Shown here: in pieces, positions 8,667 through 17,337 of the stretch
Layout of the letters: each line of letters opens with the position of its first letter
Numbering within the stretch: the stretch's first letter is position 1
Virus record (IMG/VR): IMGVR_UViG_3300018053_000002
Coordinates: 10,063 to 74,062 of that record
Length of the DNA stretch: 64,000 nucleotides
Origin: a virus
Strand: one strand, 5' to 3'
The notes under the pieces: generated by a model
What the model saw: the letters and a program-made list of their open reading frames with translations, nothing else
What the model was told of the DNA's origin: nothing
Databases searched by the model: none
Position numbers and translations under genes: made by a program

Positions 8667-11382
8667 CCGCATCAACGCTCGGCACCGTGGCGAGACGCGC
8701 AACTCGATCGACGGGTGGGTCAGCGACTATCTGTTTCCGGCCTCTGGCATGTTCGGGTTCGGTGGCAACCAGTACCCGTACGGGCTGAACACGACCTACT
8801 CCCGGCTGGCCGTCCAGGAGATCTCCTCGACCTTGCCGGGGCATATGGCCGCGGTACGGGGCTGCCCGCCAGCATTCGCAGCGGAGATGGTGCGGGCGCT
8901 GGTGCTCTCTCAGACGCGCTTCACGTTCCGGAACCCGCCCAGTCATCCCAAGACGCCGCGGCGGACGTTTGGCACGGGGGCGCTCTCGTTGCTGGAGCAC
9001 CCGTGGCCGAACGCGACTACCGGCGAGCTGGTTGCCCGGATGGAATGGCACGCCGGTCTTGCTGGCAACGCCTTCGTCACCAACCGGACCGCGGGTCGGT
9101 TGCGGGTGCTGCGTCCGGACTGGGTAGCCATCCTGTACGGCAGCGACCAGGAACCGGAGATGGCCGCGCACGCGCTCGACGGCGAGCTGCTCGGCTATGT
9201 CTATTGCCCTGGTGGGTTGGTGTCGACGGGACTTTCCTTGGCGCCGGCTGGCGGTGGAGAGCTTTACACCTTGCTGCCTCACGAGGTCGCGCACTGGTCG
9301 CCGCTGCCTGATCCTGAGGGTGCCGGTATCGGGATGTCCTGGATTACGCCGGCCATCCGGGAGATTCAGGGTGACACCATTGCTGCGCAGCACAAGGTTC
9401 TGTTCTTCCAGAATGCGGCGACCCCGAATCTTGTGGTCAAGGGCATTCCGGCGCTGACGAAAGATCAATTTGATGAGATCGTCGGTGCGATGGAGGAGCA
9501 GCACGCCGGTATTAGGAACGCTTACAAGACCCTTTACCTGACTGCCGGCGCCGATGCCACCGTGGTGGGCGCCAATATGCAGGAGGTCGACTTCAAATCC
9601 ACGGTGGGTAGCGGTGAAACGCGGATCTCGTTCCTGTCGCGGGTGCCGGCACCGGTGCTGGGAATCTCAGAAGGACTCGCCGGGTCGAGCTTGAACGCCG
9701 GCAACTTTGGACAGGCCCGTCGCAACTTTAGTGACACCTGGGTGTACCCGACGCTGCAAGATCTCTGCGCTGCGCTCGTGTCGATGGTCCGGGTTCCCTC
9801 GGATGCCGAGCTGTGGTACGACGTCACGGACATGCCGTTGCTTCGTGAGGACGCGAAGGATGCGGCCGAGATCATCAATATTCAGGTTGAGGGTGTCACT
9901 AAGGCCGTTCGAGAGGGCTTTACCGCCGTTTCCTCGATCGCTGCGATTGCTGGTCAGAACGTCAATCTGCTGGTGCACACTGGTCTGACCTCCGTCCAGC
10001 TCCAGAAGCCGGGGGAGGATCCGAATGACCCGTCCGCCGGTGACACTGGGCCCGACGGTGAGCCCACCGATGATAAGACTCAAGCTCTGTCTGATGCGTT
10101 GGACGAGGTTTCTGCTAGTCGGAACGTTGAAGAGCGCGTGAAGGTGCCGAGGAAACGGCTGCCTAGTTCGCGTCACCGAGGGGGTGCGTGGGCGATGTCT
10201 ATGGACCCCCAGCTTCGGCATCGGACGTTGCAATTGATCGGGCTTGCGGATCGCAATGCTGTTCCTGACGATTCAGACGACCTTGACGAGGATGCGGCGG
10301 CGCTCCTCTGGGCTCTTCAGGAGATCGAAGACCTGGACGATGAGATCGAGGAGGCCCCTTCGGCTCGGAATCGAGCGCTTCGTCTGGCCGGTGTGGAGCG
10401 TGCATGGACCGCTGCCCAAGCCGCTAAGCATCCTCGCAATTTGAAGGGCCCGGGTGGCGGGCGGTTCCGGTCGTTGTCACAGAGGCTCATTGACTGGATG
10501 TCAAGCATGGGCAATCGTGAGGACAGTCCGTTTGATGGCTTTGACCGAAAGCAACTGGCAAAGGTTGCTAGAGCGCGTGGTCTGAAGGTCGATCGTAAGG
10601 ACGATCGGGATGCGATCATCGACAAGCTGGTTGATAACCTTGAGTTCAAGGATCCTGGGAAGAAGGAAAGCCTGAAGAAGGCGATAGCCGGGAAGAAGAG
10701 CCGGGCACTGCACAAGTCGGTGGCGGTAGAGAAGGACCAGTTTGGCCAGGAGATAGCCCCGAAGGCGGTCCCGAAGGCGGTCCCGAAGGCGAAGCCTGGC
10801 CCTGATGATGTCGCGATCAGCAAGGCGCTACGGTCGCTGTCCTCGGGAGAGTTTGCCAGTATCGATGGAAGCCAGATCGATGCGTTCATGGCGGCCATGA
10901 GGGGCCAGGATCCTCCGGTCAATCTCTCATACCTCAAGGTGAACGGTCCTGGTAATGGGAACCTCTATGACCGGCATCTGCGGGACATTCCCCGATCGGA
11001 GATGCCGCAACTACCGACGACCGTTGAGGACTTGCAGGCGTTCCGTCTCAAGCTCGCCGACATGAACGTCAAGACAACTTATGAGCAGGTTGACCCGCGA
11101 ACTCTCGTCGCGACACAGAGCGAGCTGAACGGTCCGAAGGTTGCGAAGCTGTTTGGTTTCATGCGCGAGGGCGGATGGCAAGAGGGTGGCGCGCTCATCA
11201 TCTCACGCGAGGGGGCCGTGCTGGACGGGCATCACCGTTGGGCTGGTGCTGCTGCTGCCCGTGCGGCCGGCAAGGACATCAACGTCACGGCACTCCGAGT
11301 TGACATGGGTATTGACGAGCTTCTGGACGTGGCGCAGACGGTGTCGCTTCCCCGTAAGTCGCTCGACGAGGCTCCGAAGTAG
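8653..11382 (+). CDS. HK97-type portal protein with long C-terminal extension ending in a ParB/Srx-like domain
   Basis: LLEHPWPN, GNAF, GMSWI, FFQNAATP, RVPAPVLG portal motifs in first ~450 aa; C-terminal LVATQSEL...ISREGAVLDGHHRWA. Confidence 0.88.
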   Translation: MSFLDRINARHRGETRNSIDGWVSDYLFPASGMFGFGGNQYPYGLNTTYSRLAVQEISSTLPGHMAAVRGCPPAFAAEMVRALVLSQTRFTFRNPPSHPKTPRRTFGTGALSLLEHPWPNATTGELVARMEWHAGLAGNAFVTNRTAGRLRVLRPDWVAILYGSDQEPEMAAHALDGELLGYVYCPGGLVSTGLSLAPAGGGELYTLLPHEVAHWSPLPDPEGAGIGMSWITPAIREIQGDTIAAQHKVLFFQNAATPNLVVKGIPALTKDQFDEIVGAMEEQHAGIRNAYKTLYLTAGADATVVGANMQEVDFKSTVGSGETRISFLSRVPAPVLGISEGLAGSSLNAGNFGQARRNFSDTWVYPTLQDLCAALVSMVRVPSDAELWYDVTDMPLLREDAKDAAEIINIQVEGVTKAVREGFTAVSSIAAIAGQNVNLLVHTGLTSVQLQKPGEDPNDPSAGDTGPDGEPTDDKTQALSDALDEVSASRNVEERVKVPRKRLPSSRHRGGAWAMSMDPQLRHRTLQLIGLADRNAVPDDSDDLDEDAAALLWALQEIEDLDDEIEEAPSARNRALRLAGVERAWTAAQAAKHPRNLKGPGGGRFRSLSQRLIDWMSSMGNREDSPFDGFDRKQLAKVARARGLKVDRKDDRDAIIDKLVDNLEFKDPGKKESLKKAIAGKKSRALHKSVAVEKDQFGQEIAPKAVPKAVPKAKPGPDDVAISKALRSLSSGEFASIDGSQIDAFMAAMRGQDPPVNLSYLKVNGPGNGNLYDRHLRDIPRSEMPQLPTTVEDLQAFRLKLADMNVKTTYEQVDPRTLVATQSELNGPKVAKLFGFMREGGWQEGGALIISREGAVLDGHHRWAGAAAARAAGKDINVTALRVDMGIDELLDVAQTVSLPRKSLDEAPK

Positions 11383-11424
11383 ACTTGAGCCGTGCGGTGC
11401 TACCGACGATGAGAGGGGAGGTAG

Positions 11425-11598
11425 ATGATGGCAGAAGGTAGAGAACTGAAGCTCGGTGGTGAGCCCACCACGCCGCCACCGGATCCTGACCAGCCGTGGC
11501 TATGGACCGGTGACGAGTCGATCGGGAAGAAGGGCTGGATCCTGGTGATCACTGACACCGGAGACGGTGTCCCCGAGTCACTTGATGACCTTGACTAG
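11425..11598 (+). CDS. small acidic protein (not in ORF track)
   Basis: GGAGG RBS; MMAEGRELKLGG...LDDLD, 57 aa. Confidence 0.55.
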   Translation: MMAEGRELKLGGEPTTPPPDPDQPWLWTGDESIGKKGWILVITDTGDGVPESLDDLD

Positions 11599-11815
11599 TC
11601 CCCTGTACGAGCGGTTGGTCGAGGTTCTTGGTACCCGTGATGTGCACCCTGACGTCCGTAGCAAGATCCAGGATGCGTACATAGAAGTTGGTGATACGGG
11701 CACCTGGGACGACCTGCCCGTGGACGTGAGGCAGATGATCGAGGAGTCCGAGAGGCTTCCGCGTCAGGCTTGGGACGACCCAGCCGACGTACCTCAGGAT
11801 CTCGACAAGCTCTAA
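11585..11815 (+). CDS. small acidic protein
   Basis: ORF; overlaps previous gene. Confidence 0.6.
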   Translation: MTLTSPLYERLVEVLGTRDVHPDVRSKIQDAYIEVGDTGTWDDLPVDVRQMIEESERLPRQAWDDPADVPQDLDKL

Positions 11816-11844
11816 AGGTCTGTTTCCTGGGCCAGGGGGTGGTT

Positions 11845-14800
11845 ATGCCGCACCCTGGCCTCCGTATATCCGCAGCCGAACGGCACCGGGCCATGCAGCT
11901 TGCTGGGCTGCTTGATGTGCGGCGAGTGTATAACCCGGCGCTACATCCCCGTATCTTGAGGGGCCCGGGTGGCGGTCAATTCCTGAGCAAGAAACTGGTG
12001 GCCGGTCAGCATCCGCACAAGGAGCCTCAGAGTACGGATCTTCTTCATGACCCTGCCAAGATCGAGGCGCTTCGTCAGACGGTTCGGCGTGCTCGGTCCC
12101 GATACGCGGGTCGGACCGCTGACGACCGGTTGGCTGCGATCAGTGCCTTGCAGGGATTTGACGGTGCTCCGACCGTTGTGCCAAGCGCTGAGATGGACCG
12201 ATTGCTGGCAACCGGGGACTTCATCGAGGTTTGGCGTGGCGTAAAAGGGTTCGGGGCAGCGCCTAGTCAAAAGACTGGTGGTAGCCCGGTCTCAACGACC
12301 AAGACCGCGGCTGCCATTAATGACGAGTTCCGTACCGGGCCGGCGTACTTCGGAACGGGCATCTACGGGAACGGGTTCTACTTTTCGACTGCCAGGGAAA
12401 CTGCGCAGGGATACGCTGATGACACAGAGGGCAGTCTTGTACGGGCGTTGATTCCTAAGGATGCCAGGATCGGACGGTGGCGTGCATTGCGTGAAGAGGC
12501 TCGCCGCATCAATGACCACCCGGGCGAGGATGGCACGCTTTATGACGAGGGTCGCTATGCCGCCGCCAGGGGTATTGACGTCATGGAGATTGACGATGAT
12601 TACCTTGCGACCCAGTTTGGCGTCAGGCCGGATACCCAGGGTGGCACTAAGTCGGCGTTCAATGTCCTTAATAGGTCCGTTCTGGTTGTCGAGGACAGTC
12701 CTTCGGCGGATGTGTTAGCCGAGAAAAAGAGGCGCCAGTTCCTTATGGAGGTGTCTACCTTCCCGCTCACGTCGATGGACTTCTCGGGCAAGGTCAGGCA
12801 TCGGGCGCTTCAGCTTGCCGGCATCGTCGGGGCCGATGAGGATGTCGAGGCGCTCCTGGTGGCTCTGGACGAGTTCCGGGCGTGGGATCCGGCTAAGCAT
12901 CCTCGTAACTTGAAGGATACTCCGGGCGGGGGCCGGTTCCGGTCACTTGTGGCTTGGATTAAGGCTGCGCTAAAGATCTGGGACGATAAGCTCCAAAGTA
13001 GTGGCGATACGGTGGGAGACAGTCCGCTGGCGGGGTTCAGTCATGAACAGCTACAGAGGGCGGTAAAGAAGCTAGGGCTCTCGGTGCGACCTGACGCGAG
13101 TCGCGCGGAGATTGAAGAGCTGTTTAACGCTGATCTTCGGGCCCGTATGACCCACGACGCCCTGATTGCCGGCAGGGCTGCTCATGCTCCACCTCCCCCG
13201 ATCGATGTGCTGATGCGCCGTCTGGCTCAGGAATCGTCGGCTAACCTCGCTGGGCTGGAGGTCCGGGGGTACGGGAACGAGCATCTGTATGCGAAGCATT
13301 TACGTGAGATCCCCCGGGACCAGATGCCGCAGTTGCCGGAGAACGTGGCTGGACTAACGCCGTTCCTTAAGGCGCTGAACGAGCGGGGCGTCAAGTCAGA
13401 GCTGGTGGACATGGATCCCCGGCAGTTGACCATGACCCAGAACCAGCTCGACAGCAAGAAGGTCGGTTACCTTTACGACGCGATCCGTGACAAGGGGTGG
13501 AGAGAAGAGACCGTCATGGTCGCCTCGCGGGAGGGTGCGATCCTGGACGGTCACCATCGATGGGCTGCTGCCTCCGCTGTTCGTGCGGCCGGTGTTGAGT
13601 TTGATCTTCACGTGCTTAAGGTCGATATGGGCATCGACGAGCTGTTGACGTTCGCTGATGGCTTTTCGGGTGTCAAGAAGTCGATGGAACAGGCGATGGT
13701 GCGTGACCGTACTCTCTGGCTCGCTGGCATCGTCGAGGAACGGAAATATAACCCGAGCCAAGCCCGGGTCCCGAAGGGTAGTCGGTACGGCGGTCGCTGG
13801 GGATCTGTCTCGGTCATGCACAAGCTCTGGGACCGTGCCAAGGAGGGTGGCTTCACCTATAACACCGTGAGCGGTGATCAGCCCACAACCGGGTTTGCGC
13901 TCTCCGTGTATCCGGACCGGTCCCGGGTCATCGCGACGCGCGATTTCACGCCGGCTTCCATCCAGGAGTACCGTGACGCCAACCGTGAGGTTCTGTCCAA
14001 GCCGAACCACTATCTCGGGGCATGGCGCGAGCGTGACGAGGACGAGGGCGTCGACCGGGTCTGGCTCGACGTGTCTATCGTCCAGAGTGACCGGGCTGAG
14101 GCTGAGCGGGTCGGTCAAGAGTTTGATCAGATCGCCATGTTCGACCTCGGTGAGGGTACAGAGATTAGTCTCGGTGGTAAGGGTGGAGAGGTCGGGCTAC
14201 TCGCGGACGTTGCACCCGAGAAGCCGGGGCCGAGAAAGAGGGCTAAGAGCAGGGCACCTCCTGCGCTCCCTGCTTCGACGACGGCGCAGTCTGACTCTGA
14301 TTACCAGCCTGGCAAGTGGAAAAAGGCTGACAACAACGTTGTCAAAGAAGAGTTTCTCGGGATGCTCCGGGACTACTTGCATCGGGCGGGCCTGTCCACC
14401 GAAGACGTTAAGCGCATGGTTGAGGACGAGCGGGACGACCTTCCTGACCCCCGAGCGGTCTACGAGAACGGTCCGCACTATCTTACTGTGTGGAGCGACA
14501 GGCCCATTGGCCAACTCCGGATGGGCGAATTGTTTGACGCCATCGACCGGTTGCAGACCACTAATCCCAGCAGTGATCCGCTCAGAATCTCCATTCGGCC
14601 TCAGCACGAGATGCCGGGACCGCCAGGTGTGGCAGTAGGCAAAGCGGCTGGAGCGACGATTCGGGGTACTGGCTCGATAATACTGAGTGATCGGATGATC
14701 GATGATTGGAACGACCCCGATCTGTTCGGCAACTTTATGCCGGTCCGCACCTCTGTTCCTCTGGGTGAATATGTTGTCACTCACGAGTGGGGCCACGTGG

Positions 14801-15006
14801 TTGATCACTCTGATGAGGACCCATTGGCTGAGTCCTGGCAGAACATAGTCTGGCAGCGAAACGCGAAATACTTGTCGATCTACGGGAACACTGAGTACTC
14901 CGAGGGTTACGCGGAGGCGTTCGCTGAGTGGTTCTTGACCAAGGGCCAGACAACCAATGTGGCGGCGCAGGCGTATGCTAAGGAATATGGATGGAAGCAT
15001 GGCTAA
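11845..15006 (+). CDS. multidomain (polyvalent) head-region protein: ADP-ribosyltransferase-like, ParB-like, unknown domain, zincin metallopeptidase
   Basis: VWRGV...GIYGNGFYFST...AQGYA; LDGHHRWAA; GGFTY...LGAW...WLDVS...DQIAMFDL; THEWGH...SIYG...EGYAEAF. Confidence 0.8.
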   Translation: MPHPGLRISAAERHRAMQLAGLLDVRRVYNPALHPRILRGPGGGQFLSKKLVAGQHPHKEPQSTDLLHDPAKIEALRQTVRRARSRYAGRTADDRLAAISALQGFDGAPTVVPSAEMDRLLATGDFIEVWRGVKGFGAAPSQKTGGSPVSTTKTAAAINDEFRTGPAYFGTGIYGNGFYFSTARETAQGYADDTEGSLVRALIPKDARIGRWRALREEARRINDHPGEDGTLYDEGRYAAARGIDVMEIDDDYLATQFGVRPDTQGGTKSAFNVLNRSVLVVEDSPSADVLAEKKRRQFLMEVSTFPLTSMDFSGKVRHRALQLAGIVGADEDVEALLVALDEFRAWDPAKHPRNLKDTPGGGRFRSLVAWIKAALKIWDDKLQSSGDTVGDSPLAGFSHEQLQRAVKKLGLSVRPDASRAEIEELFNADLRARMTHDALIAGRAAHAPPPPIDVLMRRLAQESSANLAGLEVRGYGNEHLYAKHLREIPRDQMPQLPENVAGLTPFLKALNERGVKSELVDMDPRQLTMTQNQLDSKKVGYLYDAIRDKGWREETVMVASREGAILDGHHRWAAASAVRAAGVEFDLHVLKVDMGIDELLTFADGFSGVKKSMEQAMVRDRTLWLAGIVEERKYNPSQARVPKGSRYGGRWGSVSVMHKLWDRAKEGGFTYNTVSGDQPTTGFALSVYPDRSRVIATRDFTPASIQEYRDANREVLSKPNHYLGAWRERDEDEGVDRVWLDVSIVQSDRAEAERVGQEFDQIAMFDLGEGTEISLGGKGGEVGLLADVAPEKPGPRKRAKSRAPPALPASTTAQSDSDYQPGKWKKADNNVVKEEFLGMLRDYLHRAGLSTEDVKRMVEDERDDLPDPRAVYENGPHYLTVWSDRPIGQLRMGELFDAIDRLQTTNPSSDPLRISIRPQHEMPGPPGVAVGKAAGATIRGTGSIILSDRMIDDWNDPDLFGNFMPVRTSVPLGEYVVTHEWGHVVDHSDEDPLAESWQNIVWQRNAKYLSIYGNTEYSEGYAEAFAEWFLTKGQTTNVAAQAYAKEYGWKHG

Positions 15007-15160
15007 GCGGGTGATCACCGACACCTCGGAGGGTCCGGTCTATACGGATCTTTGGGAGTTGTCTGATGAGCAGATCCGGCTCTTGGCCGTGTCTGGTAGC
15101 AAGGACGCGACGGAGGAGTTGGCTCGCCGTATCGCGGAGAGGATGCAGGCGGATGGCTGA
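14999..15160 (+). CDS. small protein after peptidase module
   Basis: Overlapping start; 53 aa. Confidence 0.55.
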   Translation: MAKRVITDTSEGPVYTDLWELSDEQIRLLAVSGSKDATEELARRIAERMQADG

Positions 15161-15290
15161 GCTGCGTGTTGCCATGATCCCTGGCGATGCCTCTGACGAA
15201 GAGATCGACCGTATCCACGCGGCCCTGGTCACGGACCCGCCACCGGATGAGCCAGATGATGAGCCAGACGATGAGCCGGACGAGGATTGA
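15153..15290 (+). CDS. small acidic protein with DEPD repeats
   Basis: Overlapping start; GATGAGCCRGAY tandem. Confidence 0.5.
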   Translation: MAELRVAMIPGDASDEEIDRIHAALVTDPPPDEPDDEPDDEPDED

Positions 15291-15339
15291 TCCATAACTG
15301 AAGGCTTGGGCTCTCTCGCCCACGTGATCCCTGAGGGGG

Positions 15340-15639
15340 GTGGCGTGGGCGATGTCTATGGACCCCCAGCTCCGGGATCGAGCGCTCCGGTTGGCTGGCG
15401 TTCGTGTGGCCGGCAAGGATGTCACCCCGGGCCACGATCAGCTCCACCACTACTGGACCCGTGGTCCCGGTCTCGCTAAATGGGCTAAGAGCCCTCACCC
15501 GTGGACGGCGCTTTACAACCATCTTGTCAAGTACGTAGGCCCCGAGCGCGCAAAGCGTATGGCTGCGCAGTGGCACAAAGAGGTCTTCGGCATCTGGCCA
15601 GGGGAAAAGAAAGGCAAGAATCCAGTCGGTCCCGGCTGA
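15340..15639 (+). CDS. small head-region protein
   Basis: LHHYW..GPGLAKW...HLVKY...WH..FGIWPG; start region duplicated inside the portal extension. Confidence 0.75.
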   Translation: MAWAMSMDPQLRDRALRLAGVRVAGKDVTPGHDQLHHYWTRGPGLAKWAKSPHPWTALYNHLVKYVGPERAKRMAAQWHKEVFGIWPGEKKGKNPVGPG

Positions 15640-15715
15640 GCGGGGTGCTTGTAACGGTAACTGGCCGGGCTCATATCCCGAGCGACTAAGGGTTCGATTC
15701 CCTTCCCCGCCACCA
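15639..15715 (+). tRNA. tRNA-fMet/Met (CAT)
   Basis: Acceptor (A)GCGGGG/CCCCGC(C) with 1:72 mismatch; anticodon arm CGGG-CTCATAT-CCCG; T arm AAGGG-TTCGATT-CCCTT; encoded CCA. Confidence 0.8.
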
Positions 15716-15750
15716 ACCCGCATCACACGACATCGAGAGGTGGTGCGGCG

Positions 15751-17337
15751 ATGACGTCTGTCCCGACGATGACTGTGCCTGTCCGGACCTGGGACCACCG
15801 GGCGGACTCGAAAGAGCCCTACGGTCCTGCGTCGAAAGCCCACTATGCCGACCCCGGCTACCAGAAGGACGGTCAGAAGCGCTACCCGCTCGACTCCGAG
15901 GACCATTGTCGAGCTGCCTGGTCGTACATCAATCAAGCGGCCAACGCAGCCAAGTACACGCCCGACGAGCTGGCCCGGATCAAGGGCCGGATCAAGGCTG
16001 CCGGGAAGAAATATGGCATCGAGTTCTCCGACCAGCGGTCACGGTCGCTGCGGTTCTTTGATGAGAGCAAGTACGAACGTGACCCCAAGAATCAGCCAAC
16101 CGGCGGCCAGTTCAAGACCAAGGCTGCGGAGAAGGCACCGGCCAAAAAGACTACCAAGAAGGCGCCCGCCAAGAAGGCGACGACGCGTCGGCCCGCAGCC
16201 AAGAAGGCTGAGTCATCTAAGGGTGATATGGCCTATGACCCGGACACCGGGCGTGGTCCTGGCTACGGCACAGCCGGTGGCGATGCGCGGGTCAAGCAGC
16301 TTCAGACCGCTCTGAACCGGCTGGGTCTTACCGATTCACGTGGCCAGAAGCTCAAGGTCGACGGGAAGTTGGGTCCCAAGACCACCCAAGCCATCAAAGC
16401 AGCACAACGACGCCTCGGCATGAAGGCGGATGGACGGGTGACTCCTGCCATGCTAGCTCAATTCTCCGGCGCCAAGTCGCTGTCTAAGAGAGCGAAACCC
16501 AAGAACTGCACCTGTGGGTCCGTGGAATGCATCGCCGACGAATGTGGGGATGACACGGAGTACCGCCGGACTGTGCCAGACGTCTGCGTGCGCGCGTTCG
16601 ACTTCGAGTCACGTTCTCGCGGTGGCGATGGGCGCACGCTGGAGGGCTACGTGGCGGTGTTCGGTGCTGTTGCGCGGATCGCTTCCAGTCAGGGCGGTGA
16701 CTTCGACGAGGAGATCCATCGCGGCGCATTCGACGACTCGCTGGGACGCTCTTTCCCGGTAATGCAGTTCGACCATGGTCGTGACACCCGTGTCGGGTCA
16801 GTGCCGATCGGGGTCTATGAGGTGTTCGAGCCCGACAGTCGTGGCTACTTCGTCCGCGGCAAGCTGCTCGACAACCCCGTCGTGGAGCCGGTCCGGCAGG
16901 CCATTACCGCGGGCGCCATCCGTGGCATGAGCTGGCGGATGATGGTCGACCCCGCCAAGGGGTCCCGATGGACCCGTCGCAGTGGCCAGGTCGACAAGCG
17001 CGATGTGATCCGGGCCGATGTTCCGGAAGCCGGGCCCGTCGTTTTCCCGGCCTATGACGCCACTACTGTTTCTGTCCGCTCGATCCTCGCGGCAATGCCA
17101 GAAGAGGAACGAGCGGCACTCGTCCGTGAGCTTGCAGCCGAGGTTCGGCTCGCCGTGGACCTTAATGACTTCACCGGGCGATCGAGTGCATGGAGCACAG
17201 ATGGCGGTGAACTCGGCCCCGAACGGCAGGAGCCAGAGGAGCCAACCAGCACAGACATAACCGCCCGCTTCCATGACCCTGATCCGGCTCAAGCCGGTAG
17301 GGAACGGTTGCTACGCCTACAAGGAGTTCTTAAGTGA
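15751..17337 (+). CDS. HK97-family prohead protease with N-terminal accessory and peptidoglycan-binding domains
   Basis: YADPGY...RYPLD...RAAWSYI; VKQLQTALNRLG...VDGKLGPKT...AQRRLG (PG-binding); LEGYVAVF, FDHG, GMSW, GPVVFPAY protease motifs. Confidence 0.9.
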   Translation: MTSVPTMTVPVRTWDHRADSKEPYGPASKAHYADPGYQKDGQKRYPLDSEDHCRAAWSYINQAANAAKYTPDELARIKGRIKAAGKKYGIEFSDQRSRSLRFFDESKYERDPKNQPTGGQFKTKAAEKAPAKKTTKKAPAKKATTRRPAAKKAESSKGDMAYDPDTGRGPGYGTAGGDARVKQLQTALNRLGLTDSRGQKLKVDGKLGPKTTQAIKAAQRRLGMKADGRVTPAMLAQFSGAKSLSKRAKPKNCTCGSVECIADECGDDTEYRRTVPDVCVRAFDFESRSRGGDGRTLEGYVAVFGAVARIASSQGGDFDEEIHRGAFDDSLGRSFPVMQFDHGRDTRVGSVPIGVYEVFEPDSRGYFVRGKLLDNPVVEPVRQAITAGAIRGMSWRMMVDPAKGSRWTRRSGQVDKRDVIRADVPEAGPVVFPAYDATTVSVRSILAAMPEEERAALVRELAAEVRLAVDLNDFTGRSSAWSTDGGELGPERQEPEEPTSTDITARFHDPDPAQAGRERLLRLQGVLK

